In this document: positions 1 to 14,903 of the stretch, in pieces
Layout of the letters: each line of letters starts with the position of its first letter
Numbering within the stretch: position 1 is the first letter of the stretch
DNA from: the human T2T-CHM13v2.0 reference genome, Homo sapiens
DNA length: 64,000 nt
Assembly: GCF_009914755.1 (NCBI RefSeq)
Contig: NC_060926.1
Reading direction: 5' to 3' (one strand)
Notes under the pieces: model-generated
Databases searched by the model: none
What the model was told of the DNA's origin: nothing
Seen by the model: the letters and a program-made list of their open reading frames with translations, nothing else
Program-made: the position numbers and the translations under genes

Positions 1-849
1 TTAAAATAAACACATTTAAAACAACAGAATAAAAACAAGTTATTTCCCTTGCCTACACCTAACCTATGAAGACAGTGTGGAATTTAAAACCTTGAAGTAA
101 ACAGTTATTATGTAAACTAAACAGTTTGTAATAAATAAAACATCATGAGTAAGATAAAATACTCAGTAACCTAGTGTAAGTCAAGAACTATTTAAAAAAT
201 GAACAGTAAGGTAAAAAACGTATGCAGACATCTAGAAATGTGAAAAGGGATATTAATTCTTTTATCACAAGATTTTAAAATATAATGAAACTAATAAAGC
301 ATAATAGAATATCATAAACCACTAAATTTGTTTTTTATGTCATAAATTCTACAAATTTTAAAACCTAGAGCTGTTTGGAAGGCTTTCTTGTAAGGGTAGG
401 GCTTAAACTAATCTTATACGATTGAGTGGAATTTGGAGAAGGAAAATTCAGAATAAACAAAACTAAGAAAATAGCATGAGTAAAAAGCCTCTTGGGACTG
501 AGTTTATTTATAATGTTTTCATGTCTAATATTTCTAATATTTTTATCAGTAACACTTCTTCCTGTTACCTTGACTTCATATCAGATTTGGGGAAATTATG
601 ATGACTATCCATGAGTCTTCTCTTTAAATGTTAAAGTCAGTAAGACAAATTGAGAGTAAAGAGACATTTTTCAGAAAACAAAATTCATGTTTCAATAAAG
701 CTCCTATCTATCCTAGACCTCCTTTTTCTTCCATCTTTTTAACAGTTATTTCTAAAATGTAAATTTTGTTAAACATTTGCTATCTTCTGTCTTAAGTTCT
801 CTCTGGTTTATTAGAAAGAAACTAATTAAAATGAAGGCAGGAGGGAGAA

Positions 850-1670
850 TTCCAGTTCCTTTCAAAATGGGGTAATAAGGACTAGATTTGCCATCCCACT
901 TGAAATAACCAGAAAAACAATTATAGAACAACATTTTGCAAGCACTGTGTATCAGGCAACAAAAAACAGTGATCCCTGTGAACTGGGAAACAAGGTGAAC
1001 CCTAAGGTTGCCATAAATTGATGTCTTAATGCCTTAGAACTGACAGCCCGAGGAGACTAAGGCAGCTAAAGTTCTCAGGACAAAGTACAAAATAAGGAGG
1101 AGGTTTAAAGAGAGCAACCTGAAGATTCGCAGAGGGCACTTATCTGGTATTCCGCTCAGCACTGATTGATTAGTGCTAGTGTCTGGGGAATCCGGCTGAG
1201 GCCAGATAAATAACTTAAAAAGAGAAACAGTAGTGCCTAGAGCTCACACAGGGCAAGGAATAGGACCTGTTTCACCAAACTTACTAGAATTCTTTGGCAA
1301 TTGGAATAGAATACGCAGTAGGTTCCTTAGATTCCTGTCTCACAAGTGGGAAATCATTAGCCTTAGACTGAACACAGCTCTGGTCTCACCTGAAAAAAAT
1401 CTTAATCTTAAAAGCAAAACCCAGCATGATCACATAATTTTCAAGTAACTTAATTGCGACTCAGAAAGAAGCCTAAGAATACTTAGGAAAAACAAAAATA
1501 CACAGTGCTCAACATAGTAAAATTCACAATGCCTGGCATCCAATTAAAAAAACTTACAAACACATAAAAAAATTACAGCATAAAAGGAAGCTGGAAAATA
1601 TCACCCACAAGAGGAGAAAAATCACACAAACAACACTGACCCCTAACTAAAACAGATGTTCAAATTAGCA
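850..1670 (+). mobile_element. Old L1M (L1MC/MD/ME-type) 5'UTR/ORF1 fragment
   Basis: Resembles the L1M 5' end and ORF1 start (aaattcacaatgcctggcatccaatt...acagatgttcaaattagca); A-rich plus strand. Confidence 0.55.
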
Positions 1671-1885
1671 TGCAATCTATTCCTCCCTGTCTCCTCTGTC
1701 ATAGACTCCAGATACACATATACCAGTTTACTTAAAGTTATCCCGTAGATCACTGACTGATATTCCCTCCTCCTCATTCATTTTCTCTGCTTTCTCCTTT
1801 TCCTCATTTAAAAAAATTTTTTCTAATCTTTTACTTTGGATTTGAGTTTATTAATCTTCCTTTCCACAATGCCTAATCTGTATAC
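1671..1885 (-). mobile_element. Old L1M ORF1 fragment, inverted relative to upstream L1 piece
   Basis: Minus strand reads cagattaggcattgtggaaaggaagattaataaactc...tatatgtgtatctggagtc; translation RLGIVERKINKLKS resembles the L1 ORF1p coiled coil. Confidence 0.55.
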
Positions 1886-1894
1886 AACTGTACA

Positions 1895-2291
1895 CAAACT
1901 GAGCTGCTTAAAACAAAGTATGCAAACTGATTGGCTTAAAACAATAGAAATGTATTTTCTCATGAGTCTTAGAGGCTTGAAGTCTGAAATGAAAGTGTTG
2001 GCAGGGCCATTTCTCTCTGAAGGCCCGAGGGAGAACTGGCTCCACGTCATTGTCTTAGAGACATCATTCCACTCTTTGCCCTCACTATCACATGGCATTC
2101 TCCCTGTGTGCCTCTGTCTGTCTCCTCTTCTTATAAGGATACCAGTTATCTTGGATTAGCGCCTGGCCTAAGGATCTGATTTTAACTTGCTTGCATCTGA
2201 AAGACTCTATTTCTAAATAAAATTCAAAAGAATGAGTGTTTAAGACTTCAACATATATTTTGGAGGGACATGAATGATTTTACCCACTATA
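1895..2291 (-). mobile_element. MLT1 (ERVL-MaLR) solo LTR, MLT1B/C-like
   Basis: ggcttaaaacaatagaaatgtattttctc...aagtctgaaatgaaagtgttggcagggcc...ttaagacttcaacatatattttggagggaca matches antisense MLT1. Confidence 0.75.
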
Positions 2292-2509
2292 ATCATGATT
2301 ACAGGAACGTTGGCCTCATATTATTAGATCGTAATATGTGGATGCAGAAATACAAGAGTCACACAAAGCATTATCATTTCAATGTATCTATTCCTTTTCC
2401 TTATTTTTGGCATAATAACAATAGAAAAATTTTCATCTTTGTCTACTGAGTTAACAAAGAACTCTAAGAGTTAAATATTCTGTTCCATAATGCAAGCATG
2501 ATCAGCATT

Positions 2510-3125
2510 ATCATCAGGGTCGCAACCTCCATTCCTACAACAAAAAGGCAGGTTAGCAAGAAAAAACATAACAAATTTATTTAATCATAATTTTATATGG
2601 CATAGGAGCCTTCAGAAAGAAGCCTGAAGAAACAGGGGAAACAATCTGACTTCATGCTTTGGTTTGATAAAGCAGGGATGGCCACGTAGAAATGTGATTG
2701 GGCAAAAACAGTACGAGCTAATGAAAATAGACTGAGTGGGGAAACCTAGCAAGGCCTGTCTGTTCAAGTTCTTTTTGGCCTCTTGTGCAGCTTTCCTACT
2801 TTCCAGGTATGGGGAATGACCCTCTCTGGAATGAGGGTCTTATTGCCTACAATCAAAAAAGATAGAGAATTTCTTTCTTGGCCAGTTCTTACATAGAAAG
2901 GAGGGGGAAAGTTAGAGTAACATTTTTAGATTTTATGACTGGCTTTAGAGAAAACGGTTTTTGGTTTCTATGACTCCCCTTGGAGAGAAGGAATCTAGAT
3001 CCTATGGCTTGCAGTGCAGGAAAGTGACGGATGAGAGAAACGAAGGCAGAGAAGGTCAGAGAGAAACTGCCTTTGAGTCTGTTTCGTAGCCTTTACTCTG
3101 AGGCTGTTTTCTGAGTCCCAAATCA
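2510..3125 (-). mobile_element. ERV1 MER4-group solo LTR (MER31/MER67-like)
   Basis: Minus strand begins tgatttgggactcagaaaacagcctcagag...tctctctgaccttctctgcc; internal ctgagtggggaaacctagcaaggcctgtctgttca. Confidence 0.65.
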
Positions 3126-3865
3126 TCAACAGAACCCAGTGGAATAATTTTTTTGTGTGTCTAATACGTTTTTGGTTTATTAAAGAGGTTTATATCTCAT
3201 TATCTCAGTCACAAAATATCATAAAGAAATTTATGGCAGCACAAAACATGCTTGATACTCTTTTTCTAAGTGTTTTAAGCCCTCCAGGTTTTCCTTATCT
3301 AACTTTCTTAGCTGTGAATTTTTGACAATATTAATAATACATATGAAGATGTGAAAAGACTAATACAAAAGGCAACCTTTTCCATAATGAAATCTGTGTA
3401 GAGTCTTTTCTCTGGTGTAGCTGATGCTCCTGCTTCTGTTCAGTGTCTACCATGTTGTTTATAGATTTTGGGCCTCTGTTTAATTAAACTACTAATTCCA
3501 TAGAAATGCTCATAATGCTTTCTCATGACATGATGGTCTGGATTTAACCCCTATCCCCATTCCTGCACTTCACACAACATGGAATGATTTTGCTAATTCA
3601 TCTTCCAAATGCACAAAGTGTCATGAAAAGTGCAACAAAAGGTCATTTAAGGATAAATCCTTTCAAAGAGAATAACAATGGATAACAGTTAGAAGTTGAT
3701 AATCAACAGAGACAGAGCAATTACCTGTCAGCTCTGACTTTATGATGCTATGTTAGCAGATTTCCACTTTTCGGAAAATAGCAAAGCAGATAACAATAAA
3801 ACAAAATTCCCTTCAAAATTTCTAGATGCTAGATACAACATAAAGAATGTATTTCTAAATACACA

Positions 3866-5169
3866 TGTTGGGACTCAGGACACACCAGCCCAAACTATGA
3901 CTGCAGGAGTCTAGAATATGCTACTCCAAATATACCTCTTTGGCATATTGATTATTTGGAGTTGGTTATTTTGAGAAACTGCAGACACAGGAGTAGCTCT
4001 TAAAAACCTCCCATTTGTAAAGGAAACATATCTATAAAGGAAATTTACATTAGTAAAAATATCTATACCAGGAAGAGAGCTACTCTAACACAACTTTTAT
4101 CACCTGAGAGGCTTTTATCTGCATAATAAGGTAACGTTTATTCACCATACATTTCCTCCCCTCACTGGCTCATAATTTGGCTCAGCCCTTCCTCCACCAC
4201 CAAAGAAGCCCCAATCCCCTATGTCTTTCTGTAACTCAGGATGCTATATAAGCTTCAATCATCCGGCCCTTCGAGTCTCATATTTTTGTGAGACTGCCTT
4301 GCATATATAGATATGCACGTAACTAAAATGGTTTTTAAATTATCCTTTTAATCTGTCTTATGATAGCCCATAGAGTTACCTTGGCCCAGCCAAAAAACCC
4401 AGGCGTGTGCAGGGAAGCTGAAACCCCCTTTGCAAAAATTATGGCACTGAGAAAAAAACTGATATAGAAAAATTATGGCAGTGAAGGAAATCTGACCTGA
4501 CCAACTCTATCTTGTTTATAACCTCCAGGCTGCCCTTGTTCATTCCTGGCATGGCTGAGCTAACTATGGGGGGACCTTAGTTTATAGTTTAACTTTTAAA
4601 CAAAGATGACAAATCTCCCAAACAAATCTCCTCCTTGCTTGGGGCCTAAAGTGCCTAGCCAATTTACCACAAGAAGAGAAATTATTGCTCAGAAGTCATG
4701 AAGCCAGAGACCACAGATTCGTAACCTCCCCAGTTGCTCCTATTGGATAACATCACTATTGTAAAACCTAAGATTGGTATTCAAGATGTTTTTCAGACTC
4801 TGCTTTCTGATGTACCAGCTAGTGCCATTCAGACCAGTAAACTGGCTTAAGTACTTCTGCAATCCCACCTAGAAACTGAGGTGACCAAGAAGACCCCGCT
4901 TCAACCCCCTGTGATTTCATCCCCAACCCAATCAATCAGCATTCCCCATTCTGTAGCCCCCTGTCAAATTATCCTTAAAAACTCTGGTTTCCAATTTTTT
5001 GGGAAACTGATTTGAGTAATAAACTCCAGTCTTACACTTAGCTGGCTCAGCATTTATTAAATTCTTTCTCTATTACAGTTCTGTTGTCCTGGTAAATCGG
5101 CTCTATCTGGGTAGCAGGCAAGAAGAACACTTTGGGTGATGACAAATTCATGATTCCCTCCCCTATACA
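3866..5169 (+). mobile_element. MER34-family ERV1 solo LTR, interrupted near its 3' end by LTR8
   Basis: Starts tgttgggactcagga...agaatatgctactccaaatatacctctttggcatattgattatttggag; the 3' end resumes after LTR8 as ttccctccctataca. Confidence 0.7.
4419..5144 (+). mobile_element. LTR8-family ERV1 solo LTR (nested in MER34)
   Basis: tgaaaccccctttgcaaaaattatgg...cttgttcattcctgg...ttagtttatagtttaac; ends gcaggcaagaagaacactttgggtgatgaca; TG...CA termini. Confidence 0.8.
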
Positions 5170-5399
5170 AATTACAAGGCATAATGAAGTAAGAAAATCC
5201 TCAGGACTCAAAAAAAATGTATAGTGCAGTAAAAATTAGGACTAAAACACATAAGCTAACAATTCACTGATTTAAAAAAAAATTAAACTTACAGATTATA
5301 ATTCTATGCCAAGTTAAACTATCATTCATAAATGAGCATTCCGAAAAGGGTTGATAGATAACTACTAAAAGAACCTCACTACAAAATTAATAAAGGATA

Positions 5400-5907
5400 T
5401 TTTGTCAAGCAAATGAACTTGCCACCCAATGCACATAAAGCCAACACTATGGCAATGGTTTATTGGGAAAGGAAGGGTTTTATTGTTTTCTGCCTCTTCA
5501 GCAAGGAGACAGAAAACAAGCTCAATGAGGTCTGAAGCAAGTTTTAAGGGATCAGAGGGCAAGGAAAAGGACTTAAGAATGTTTGCTTGGCAGGGTCTTA
5601 TTGGAGGGCTTCAAATTTGACCATTGACAGTAAGGTATGTTGAGACAGATTTTAGCCCTGAATCTTTCAGACCAATAGACCCCTTGCTTTTGAAAGAGTT
5701 CTATCATTTATGTTGTGGTCATGTCCCAGTCTTCTTGGTTCTGAGAGGAGGAATCATTTGTTCCAGATGTTGTGAAAAGTCTAAGCTTTTTCTATTGTGC
5801 ATGCCTGTGCTACGTGAGCCAGTTTTTCATACTGTTATATCTACAAGATAACTCTACATTTTGTTACCAGCATAGCAGGTCCAGTTTGGGCTGGTCCCAT
5901 GGTTACA
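5400..5907 (-). mobile_element. MER84-like ERV1 solo LTR
   Basis: Minus strand starts tgtaaccatgggaccagcccaaactgg; 4-bp TSD gata at 5396-5399 and 5908-5911. Confidence 0.75.
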
Positions 5908-6054
5908 GATATATTTGAAAAAAAAGTAAATAGGTCTCAGAAGTGAAGATTAGAGACAAAAACAATGATAAAGAAACTGATAAAGAGGTAGTACAATAAA
6001 AAATATTATTGACTATGTGAAAAAATAATCATAATCTTGTCTAGTTTTGGGCGT

Positions 6055-6594
6055 TGTGGGAGACCAGATATTGCCACCCGAAGTTATGAATAATTGCTGA
6101 GCTGAAGATAATTAAGAAATAGTTGATGTAAGAAAGTTATCTCCCTTTCCTCTACTAGCATTAAAGCAAGACGTCAATTTGCAAAGACAAAAGATACTCT
6201 GACACTCCCAACCAGGAAAGACAAAGGTTAACCGTGGAAGACAATTTAGATCCTATCATCCTGGAAATGGTATCAGAACAAACTACATTAATAAGCCTTG
6301 TTAATCTGCCTTTCCTGCCATTTATTTGCCTTCCCCCAAGTTGACACCCCTAGAGACTCAATGTCCTTTTGTATTGTCACTTTTCTAAAAATTCCCTGTT
6401 CTTTGTTGAAGATGCGATATAAGCTGAAATTCAAGGCCATGTCTTTGAACACTATTGATTCCCAGGGTTTCTTCCAAGTATAAATAAAATATGCATGTTA
6501 ATAAATTTCTATTTGTTTTTCTCTTGTTAATCTTTCTCTTTTTAGAGGGGTTCCTTCCAACTAAGAACCTACACAGGGTTCTTCTGTCCATACA
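6055..6594 (+). mobile_element. MER34/MER39-group ERV1 solo LTR
   Basis: Starts tgtgggagaccagatattgccaccc; aataaa poly(A) signal region then ctcttgttaatct; ends ccataca. Confidence 0.65.
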
Positions 6595-6852
6595 GAACAA
6601 GTTGTAGCTTGTTTTAAGGTAAAAACAAGCTACAACTAAAATGGTGCATAGCAATATCATGGATGACAGAAGGGACTGATTAGCATTGAGTTGAATAAAG
6701 ATATCAGCTTTCTTCATGCATATTAAGAGTAATGACTTTTAAAATAAAAGAATAAAAATAAAAACTTCGAAGGGGGTAAAGAGAAGGAATTAAACATAAA
6801 CACAATCATTTCAGTTGAAAGGAGGAAAGGAAGAAAATATATTCAAATATCA

Positions 6853-7218
<366 letters not shown>

Positions 7219-7364
7219 TCAATAAATATCAATACACCAGGCTTGACTTTTAAAAGCCAGATGTTATCATATTGGATACAAAAATTAAAAGTATGTTTTT
7301 ATTAGAAAAGAGTTCTAAGACATATAGGGATACAGTTTTATATCCATTCAGTTTTGTCTGAGCA

Positions 7365-7642
7365 TGACAGGTCGTGACCTCTTTAGGCCTATTCCTGAGG
7401 GACTGGATATTCTTCACTGACCTAATATAAACTTTCTTAGAAATACTCAGCAGTCTGAATCTCCTCCTGCCCAATCTTCCTTCTTTCTTTTCCTTCTCCT
7501 GTCAGAGGTGTCAAACCTGCATGAGTATTTGAAGGCTTTCCCTGACTATTGCTCTATCAATCACAGGTATTCCATTCCTCAAATCTCCTGGACATTTATT
7601 TCTATTTTGGCATCTGCTTCTCAGAAGACTCTAACTAAAATA
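7365..7642 (+). mobile_element. LTR16-family ERVL LTR fragment
   Basis: Ends ttggcatctgcttctcagaagactctaactaaaa, typical of the LTR16 3' end. Confidence 0.5.
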
Positions 7643-7671
7643 AAGGATCCCACATACAGTAAATAAGACTG

Positions 7672-7765
7672 ATAGGAAAAAGGAATAAAAGAAGGAAAGA
7701 AAGGAGTGGAAGGAGAAAGGAAGGTAGGGAAGGGAAGGAAGAAGGAGAAGGGAAGAAGACAGAAA
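7672..7765. repeat. Purine-rich (GA/GGAA) low-complexity tract
   Basis: aggaaaaaggaataaaagaaggaaagaaaggagtggaaggagaaaggaaggtagggaagggaaggaagaaggagaagggaag. Confidence 0.8.
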
Positions 7766-10700
7766 GCTAATATGTATAATACAAAGACGACTAAAGTTAA
7801 TATGTAAATAAATTATCTAATTAAGGAGCTGCATTATACTCTGAGCACTGTAATATTTTTCTGATATCTTAAACAGAGCCTTGAGCTTATGAGTAAACAT
7901 GCTGTTGAATGAGCATTTGCTCAGAGAAGCCTGCCTCCAGACTCCAGAGTAGTATAATAGACAAGTGGTGTGAAGGGACAAGTTAATAAGATGATTTGTA
8001 ATAAAAAAAATTATCTCTTTCCACCTCTCTCTGATTCTCTCTCTCTCTTCCCTTGCTTCCTGAACTCCAGATTCAGTGAAATATTAAAATGAATCACAAC
8101 TGTTTATATAGTGAGAGGATTACATTAAACAGTATCTATATTTGGTTAATTATAAGATTCTTAAATTAAATATACTGACAGTATTCCATGTCCTGGCTTT
8201 TCAAACATGAGAGGGAAATTTGATGAATATAACATCAGACACTTTTCTTACTCAACTTTCAGAAGGCTATCATGAAGACAGAGGTCATCAGTTTTAGTCT
8301 GACCATTGTACTAACGGAGAAGAATTCTATTTCTTGTAGCATCTGAATTACCAGAAGTCATTGTGCTCATTTTACTTTTGATATTGCAACTAAATTCAGA
8401 TTTTTTTGAGGATCAAAATATCAAGCTCTCTACTTGGATTGCTAGATTGGAATTAGGTGCCAAATATATTATGCTTTATAAAGAAAATGTATCTAAACTC
8501 TTCAAATTTTTAAATAGATAATTTATGATCTTTAAAATTATCATATAACAAAAAAGAAAAAGAATGAGGATTGACCAAATTAGTGATTTGACAAAAGAAT
8601 ATCTTACCATTTATTTAGCTCAGCTCCCTACCTATATGTAGTAAATATGTGTATGCTCTATGATTGCATTCTAAACAAAATGACTTTATTCCTCACTAAT
8701 TTTAGCCAGCTCTGTACAGGAATGTTATATCAACAACCTGGCTATGTGTTACTTCAGTTGGCCCCATGGCCCTCCCAGACCTCAGACAAGTATTATGTTT
8801 CTAGGCAGTAGTAACCTCAAAGGTAGCACGCACCAGCCATAATAAAGTAACCAGGGATTAAAATCTCCATCACTGCCTCATCTCCTAATGCTACTGATGT
8901 TTTAGGCTCTTCCAGCTCATGATTGGAAACAGGCAGGGCCACCATTTCATTAATCACAGCAGAACCTGCAGTAAGTTCAGTACCTAGATGTCACATGACT
9001 AGATTCACAGAAATGGAAGATTCTATTTTGCTAAACCAATTATCCACAAGTCAAACTATAAATTCAGTACAATCTCAGTATTAATCATAGAAATTAATGC
9101 AATTCCTATGTTTATACAGATATGCAAAGTGGGAATAATTTCCAAAACAACTTCAAAATGAAGAAGAAAGAGAACTTATACCACCATATTTCAAGTATAA
9201 TTCAAATGTTACAGAAGCCAAGAGAGTGTGGAATTAAAATAAGACCAGTTAAATAAATAGATAAATAAACAGTCCAGAAATATGTGCACTGTTATAAAAT
9301 CATTGTCAGCAAAGTCACCAAATCTATTCATGGGAAATGACCACCTTTTAACAAAGAATTCTAGAACAACTGGATATACTTATAGAAAATAATGAACATC
9401 TGCCCCTACATTGCACAATACTCAAAATTAATTCAAGATGAATCACATAAATAAAAGTGAATGGTAAAAATACAATGCTTTTAAAAATATTAAAGAGAAT
9501 ATCTTCATGGCCTAGAAGTTGGTAAATTTTTTTAGTTAAGACAGAAAAAATAATAATGAAAGAAAAATTGATAATTTAGATTTTACTAAAAACAAAAGCA
9601 TCTGCTTAACAAACTACTCCATTAAACAAATGAATAGACAAGCCACCAAAAATGTTTTCAAGTTTTATATCTGATAGTGATATTATAGTAAAACATAAAA
9701 AAAACTATTACAATAATTAAAACAAATCAACCACAGTCAGAACAAGCCAATAAAATAATCACAAACAACAACAAAAAAACACAATTGTCTTGAATGGACA
9801 TTTTACAAAGCAAGAAATAAAATGTTCAAAAGGCATCTGATAAAGTCTTCAACAATATGTTTCAGAAAAATGTAAATTAAACTACAATGAGATATCACTA
9901 AACAACACTAGAATGACTAAAACAAAAAAGACTAGGGAAACACAATTTACTACATGAATATCAATTTCTTAATTTTGATTGTACTACAGTCGTGTAATAG
10001 ACTGTCCTTGTTCTTAGGAAATAACACTAGACTGTTCATCTCCAACTTACTCTCGTCAGCTCAGAAAATTATATGTGAATATACAAAATCAGCATGTGTA
10101 TATAGTAATATTATGTATATATACGATAAGGGAGAAGGACAATTCAGGGGATGATTAAGCAATAGTATTACAAATGACAACATAAAGCAAATAAGACAAC
10201 AAATAGTGAATCTAGAAAAAGTGTTTATGAATGTTCCTTATACTATTCTTGCACCTTTTAAGTAAACGTTAAATTAACATCAACATAAAAATTACAGAAA
10301 AATTTAAAATAATAAACACTAATCAGAAAAAAATTCCTTTAGCTATATTAATATTTTAAAAACAGATGTTAAGGCAAAATATTACTAAGAATATAGAGAG
10401 TAACCACCTGCTGACAAAGTACTGAATTCTTCAGGAAGATAAAACATTAATCACTTAAGCATTTAATAAATATTTGAAAGAAATAGTATTAATCCATACA
10501 AAATCACAGTGTAGTACTTTAATATCCATCAATTATTGATAAATCAAACAGGCTAAAAAAATCAATCAATAATATTTGAGCAAAATAATTAATAAAGTTC
10601 ATCTAATTCACATATTTAGAGTTCTAAATAAAATAATTGGAAAGTACACATTATTCTCAGTCATGATACATTTATAAAGTTGATTAACTTCTGAGTATTA

Positions 10701-12196
10701 ATAATTCTTTTAAAAAATGTAAAGATTAGTTATGTAGGTCAGAAGCTTTGACCATGGAATTATCAAATTAGAAGTTAGTAAAAAATAAAAATTTCTAAAA
10801 TCTCAATATATTTACAAATTAAGAATTTATTTCTAATTAACTCATGGGCCAAAGAAGTTAACATAAAAGGTATTTTAAAAAGTTAGAACTCCATGTGAAA
10901 CTTGAACATGGAAACATGAAAGAACAGAAAAGAAAAATAGATTCCGTAATTCATTCTTTCTGGTTAAACTAACATATCCAAACAAATAAAGATAATAAGG
11001 AAAAATAATACTATAAGACTACAAATAATTCTAAATAATATATTAGAAAAAAATTCAAGAGGATATTAAAATTATAATGTAATATGACAAAGTTGGGATT
11101 ATCCTAAGAAAAGCAAATGATCTGAGTATACATGTACAATGTGTGTGTGAGTCATTGCATTCATATATTAAGGAAGAAAACTATTTTATATTCTCAGCAA
11201 ATATAGAAAAGGCATTCCATAAATGTCAGCATCTCTCCTTGACCAAACTTCTATTAGACTGGGTTTTAAGGGAACATTCTTAATCTGAAAAGTTATCATA
11301 AGAATCAAATGAGAATACATCAAAAGCCTTTAAACCAGGAACAAGAAAAGTAGACCCACTACCACCACTCCAATGCAGCATTGTAGTGGATGCCCTAAAT
11401 GTTGCAATTACAGTATACAATTCTGAAAGCATAAGAAATAGAAAGAAGAAAAATGAATCTCATTATTGGCATATTTTCTGATGATTTACACTAAAATATC
11501 TTCAAATTATTAGAAACAAGATAATTTAGTAACACAGCTAAAAATAGTATCAAAATAAAATTCATTTGCACTTTTAAGCAGGAGCAAAGACACAAGAAAA
11601 TATAATTTTTAAAATATATGCATAAATTAATGTCATCTTTCTTGATTTGATGCTGGTTACAGAATCATGTTCAGTTAAACTGTGTTAAGCTGTACCCTTC
11701 TAATAAGCACAGTTTCTGTATATATACTTCAAATAAAACTTTTTTAAAAAATGGGCACCATTTTCAATCATAAAAAGCAAAAACTAAAAAACACCTGGGA
11801 AAATTCCACCAAAATGCTGTGGAAAACCTACATAAAAATATAAAAGCTTTACAAAAACCTATAGAACCATAAAGAAGGCCATGGTACTTGCCTTCCTCAT
11901 TAGAGAATATGTTCTAGGTTCTTCAATAAGTTAATAGTTGTAGATATAGCAATACTCCCCTAAATGCTATAGATTCTATGGAACTCTAACAAAAATCTAC
12001 TAACATTTTTTTCATAAACTATAACACAGTTTACCTCAAGATACTTCTGAAAGAAAGAATAAAAAGGTGGAAGAGTATTGCCATACCAAATATTAGCACT
12101 CATTATAAAAAATTCTAGATGTTAAGGATATTTAGTACATTTATTTGGTGAATATTTTTATTAACATAATGAATAGGCAACTTAAAAACATGTTTA

Positions 12197-12507
<311 letters not shown>

Positions 12508-12797
12508 CTAAACATTTATGGAATTTTTATATATGTGTCACTGCAGATCATAAAGAGATGGTGGATTACCCATATGGAAGAAAAATGAAATTAGATCTCA
12601 CTCTTTTATCAGGCATAGAAATTAACTTCGATGGATTAAGAACTTTCATATATAAAACAAAACTTTTAGAAGGAAATACAAACAACTTTCTACCATGTGG
12701 TCAAGGGAATTATTTATTAAACAAGAAACAAATCACTAACTACTTAAATTTAAGGACTCTTGTTCATCAAATTCCATCTTAAAGAAAGTATAAAGAC

Positions 12798-13130
<333 letters not shown>

Positions 13131-14903
13131 CTATAAACTGGGAAAAGGTATTTCGCAATATATAAAATTGGCACAATTGATACCCAGAATGTATAAATAA
13201 CTCCTAAAAGTGAAGGGACATGGAAAAACTATATATTGGAAAATTGTGCAAAAGACATAAGCAGGCATTTCTCAAAAGGCAAAATGGGTGATTCTGATAA
13301 ATATGAAAAAAATTTCATTACTAGTCAAAAATTGTAAATCAGAAACAGAAGACAATATCGGCCCCATTTAATTCCTACATTTTAATGTCTAATCAGACCA
13401 AATTTAGCAAACATATGTATGGATCAATATGCACATTTGATAGGAATGTAATTTCTATAACCTCTCTGTAAACAATTTTCTAATATTTTAAAAATTGAAT
13501 ATTTACATACTCATATAGCAATTTTACTTTTGCATATACCCAGGAGATACTCTTGCATAAGTGCAGAAAGAAACATTGTTGTCCATAAAAATTATTTCTA
13601 AATGACCCAAGCTGGAAACAAATAAAGTGTTGATCAACAAGAGAATGAACAATTTCTGTTAGATAAATAAAATGTTATGCACAAGTAAAAAGGAGTTAAT
13701 AAAAGCAAGTTTCACAGGAGTATATAAAATATATTCCCTTTATACAAAATTCAAAATCATTTAAAAGTAACCAACATATAGTTTGGTAATAAAAATATGT
13801 AATGAAACTATTATGGAAGAGAAAGAGAATGTTAAAATAAATTTAGGAGGGCTTAAGGACCAGAGAGAAGCACATAGTTATTGTTGATTTTTTGGTTCTC
13901 AGGTTTGATAATATGTTCACAATGTTCACTATACCATTAGCATAAATAAAAGAGCTTTCCACTAATTAAAACAGTACATCATAAACTAGGGATTGTGATT
14001 AGAACAACTATTTGCACCCAAGAGTTCAAAGGAGGAAAAGGAAAAAGGAGAAATAATGATTGCAGAGACTATTAAAATGGAAATGAGAAGGAAATAAATG
14101 AGTTGCATTTTATAAGTAAAAATGAATTATTGAAGAACTAGGTATATGGTATGAAGTGTGGGGGGGGTCACAATTAAAGATGTTTTATGTTGTAATTAGG
14201 AGGATAAAATAGACAATGCAGGTGTGAGAAGGATACACACACTTAGATGAAATTCTGGTCATGTTGATTTAGAGGAGTTTACTCTATACAGGTAGTGAGA
14301 ATAAAAAATGATTTGAAATTCAAGCCTGGAATTTCTAAAGAGGGCAAGGCTAGTTATTTAGATATGAGAATTGTCTGCTTACCAATCAATAGATAAAGTG
14401 ACCTATGGAGAAAGTAAATTAATTTTACTCGATAAAAGAATTACATTTCTAACCACGAGAACTGTCAGATACTGACATTTATTGCCTTGAGAGGTACTGA
14501 GCTTTCAGTTAGCTGATGCAGTAACAGTCATTGACATATTTATTTTAGGAAATATCAAGTCAGATATTAAACCACTATGTGAACTAATGGTTAATGCTAA
14601 AATTTCATGGCTTATAGTTTTTGCTGTTCATATATGTTACTGTAAGTTCTACTACATTATATTTCTCTTTATATATATGCACATTTATTATTTTATATAA
14701 ATAAAAGTTTAGTTATAAATTATATTGGCTGCCAAGGGAACTGAGTATATTTTGTATCTGAAAAGATAATTCTCATCATAAAGCAGAAGTTATTTTTAGA
14801 GCATTAATATTTGCATTAAGTATTCAATTCATATTGTATGATGAAATTGAATTCCAGGCCAAAATTAAGTCAAGATATGTCTTTGATTCATACTCATAGC
14901 AAA

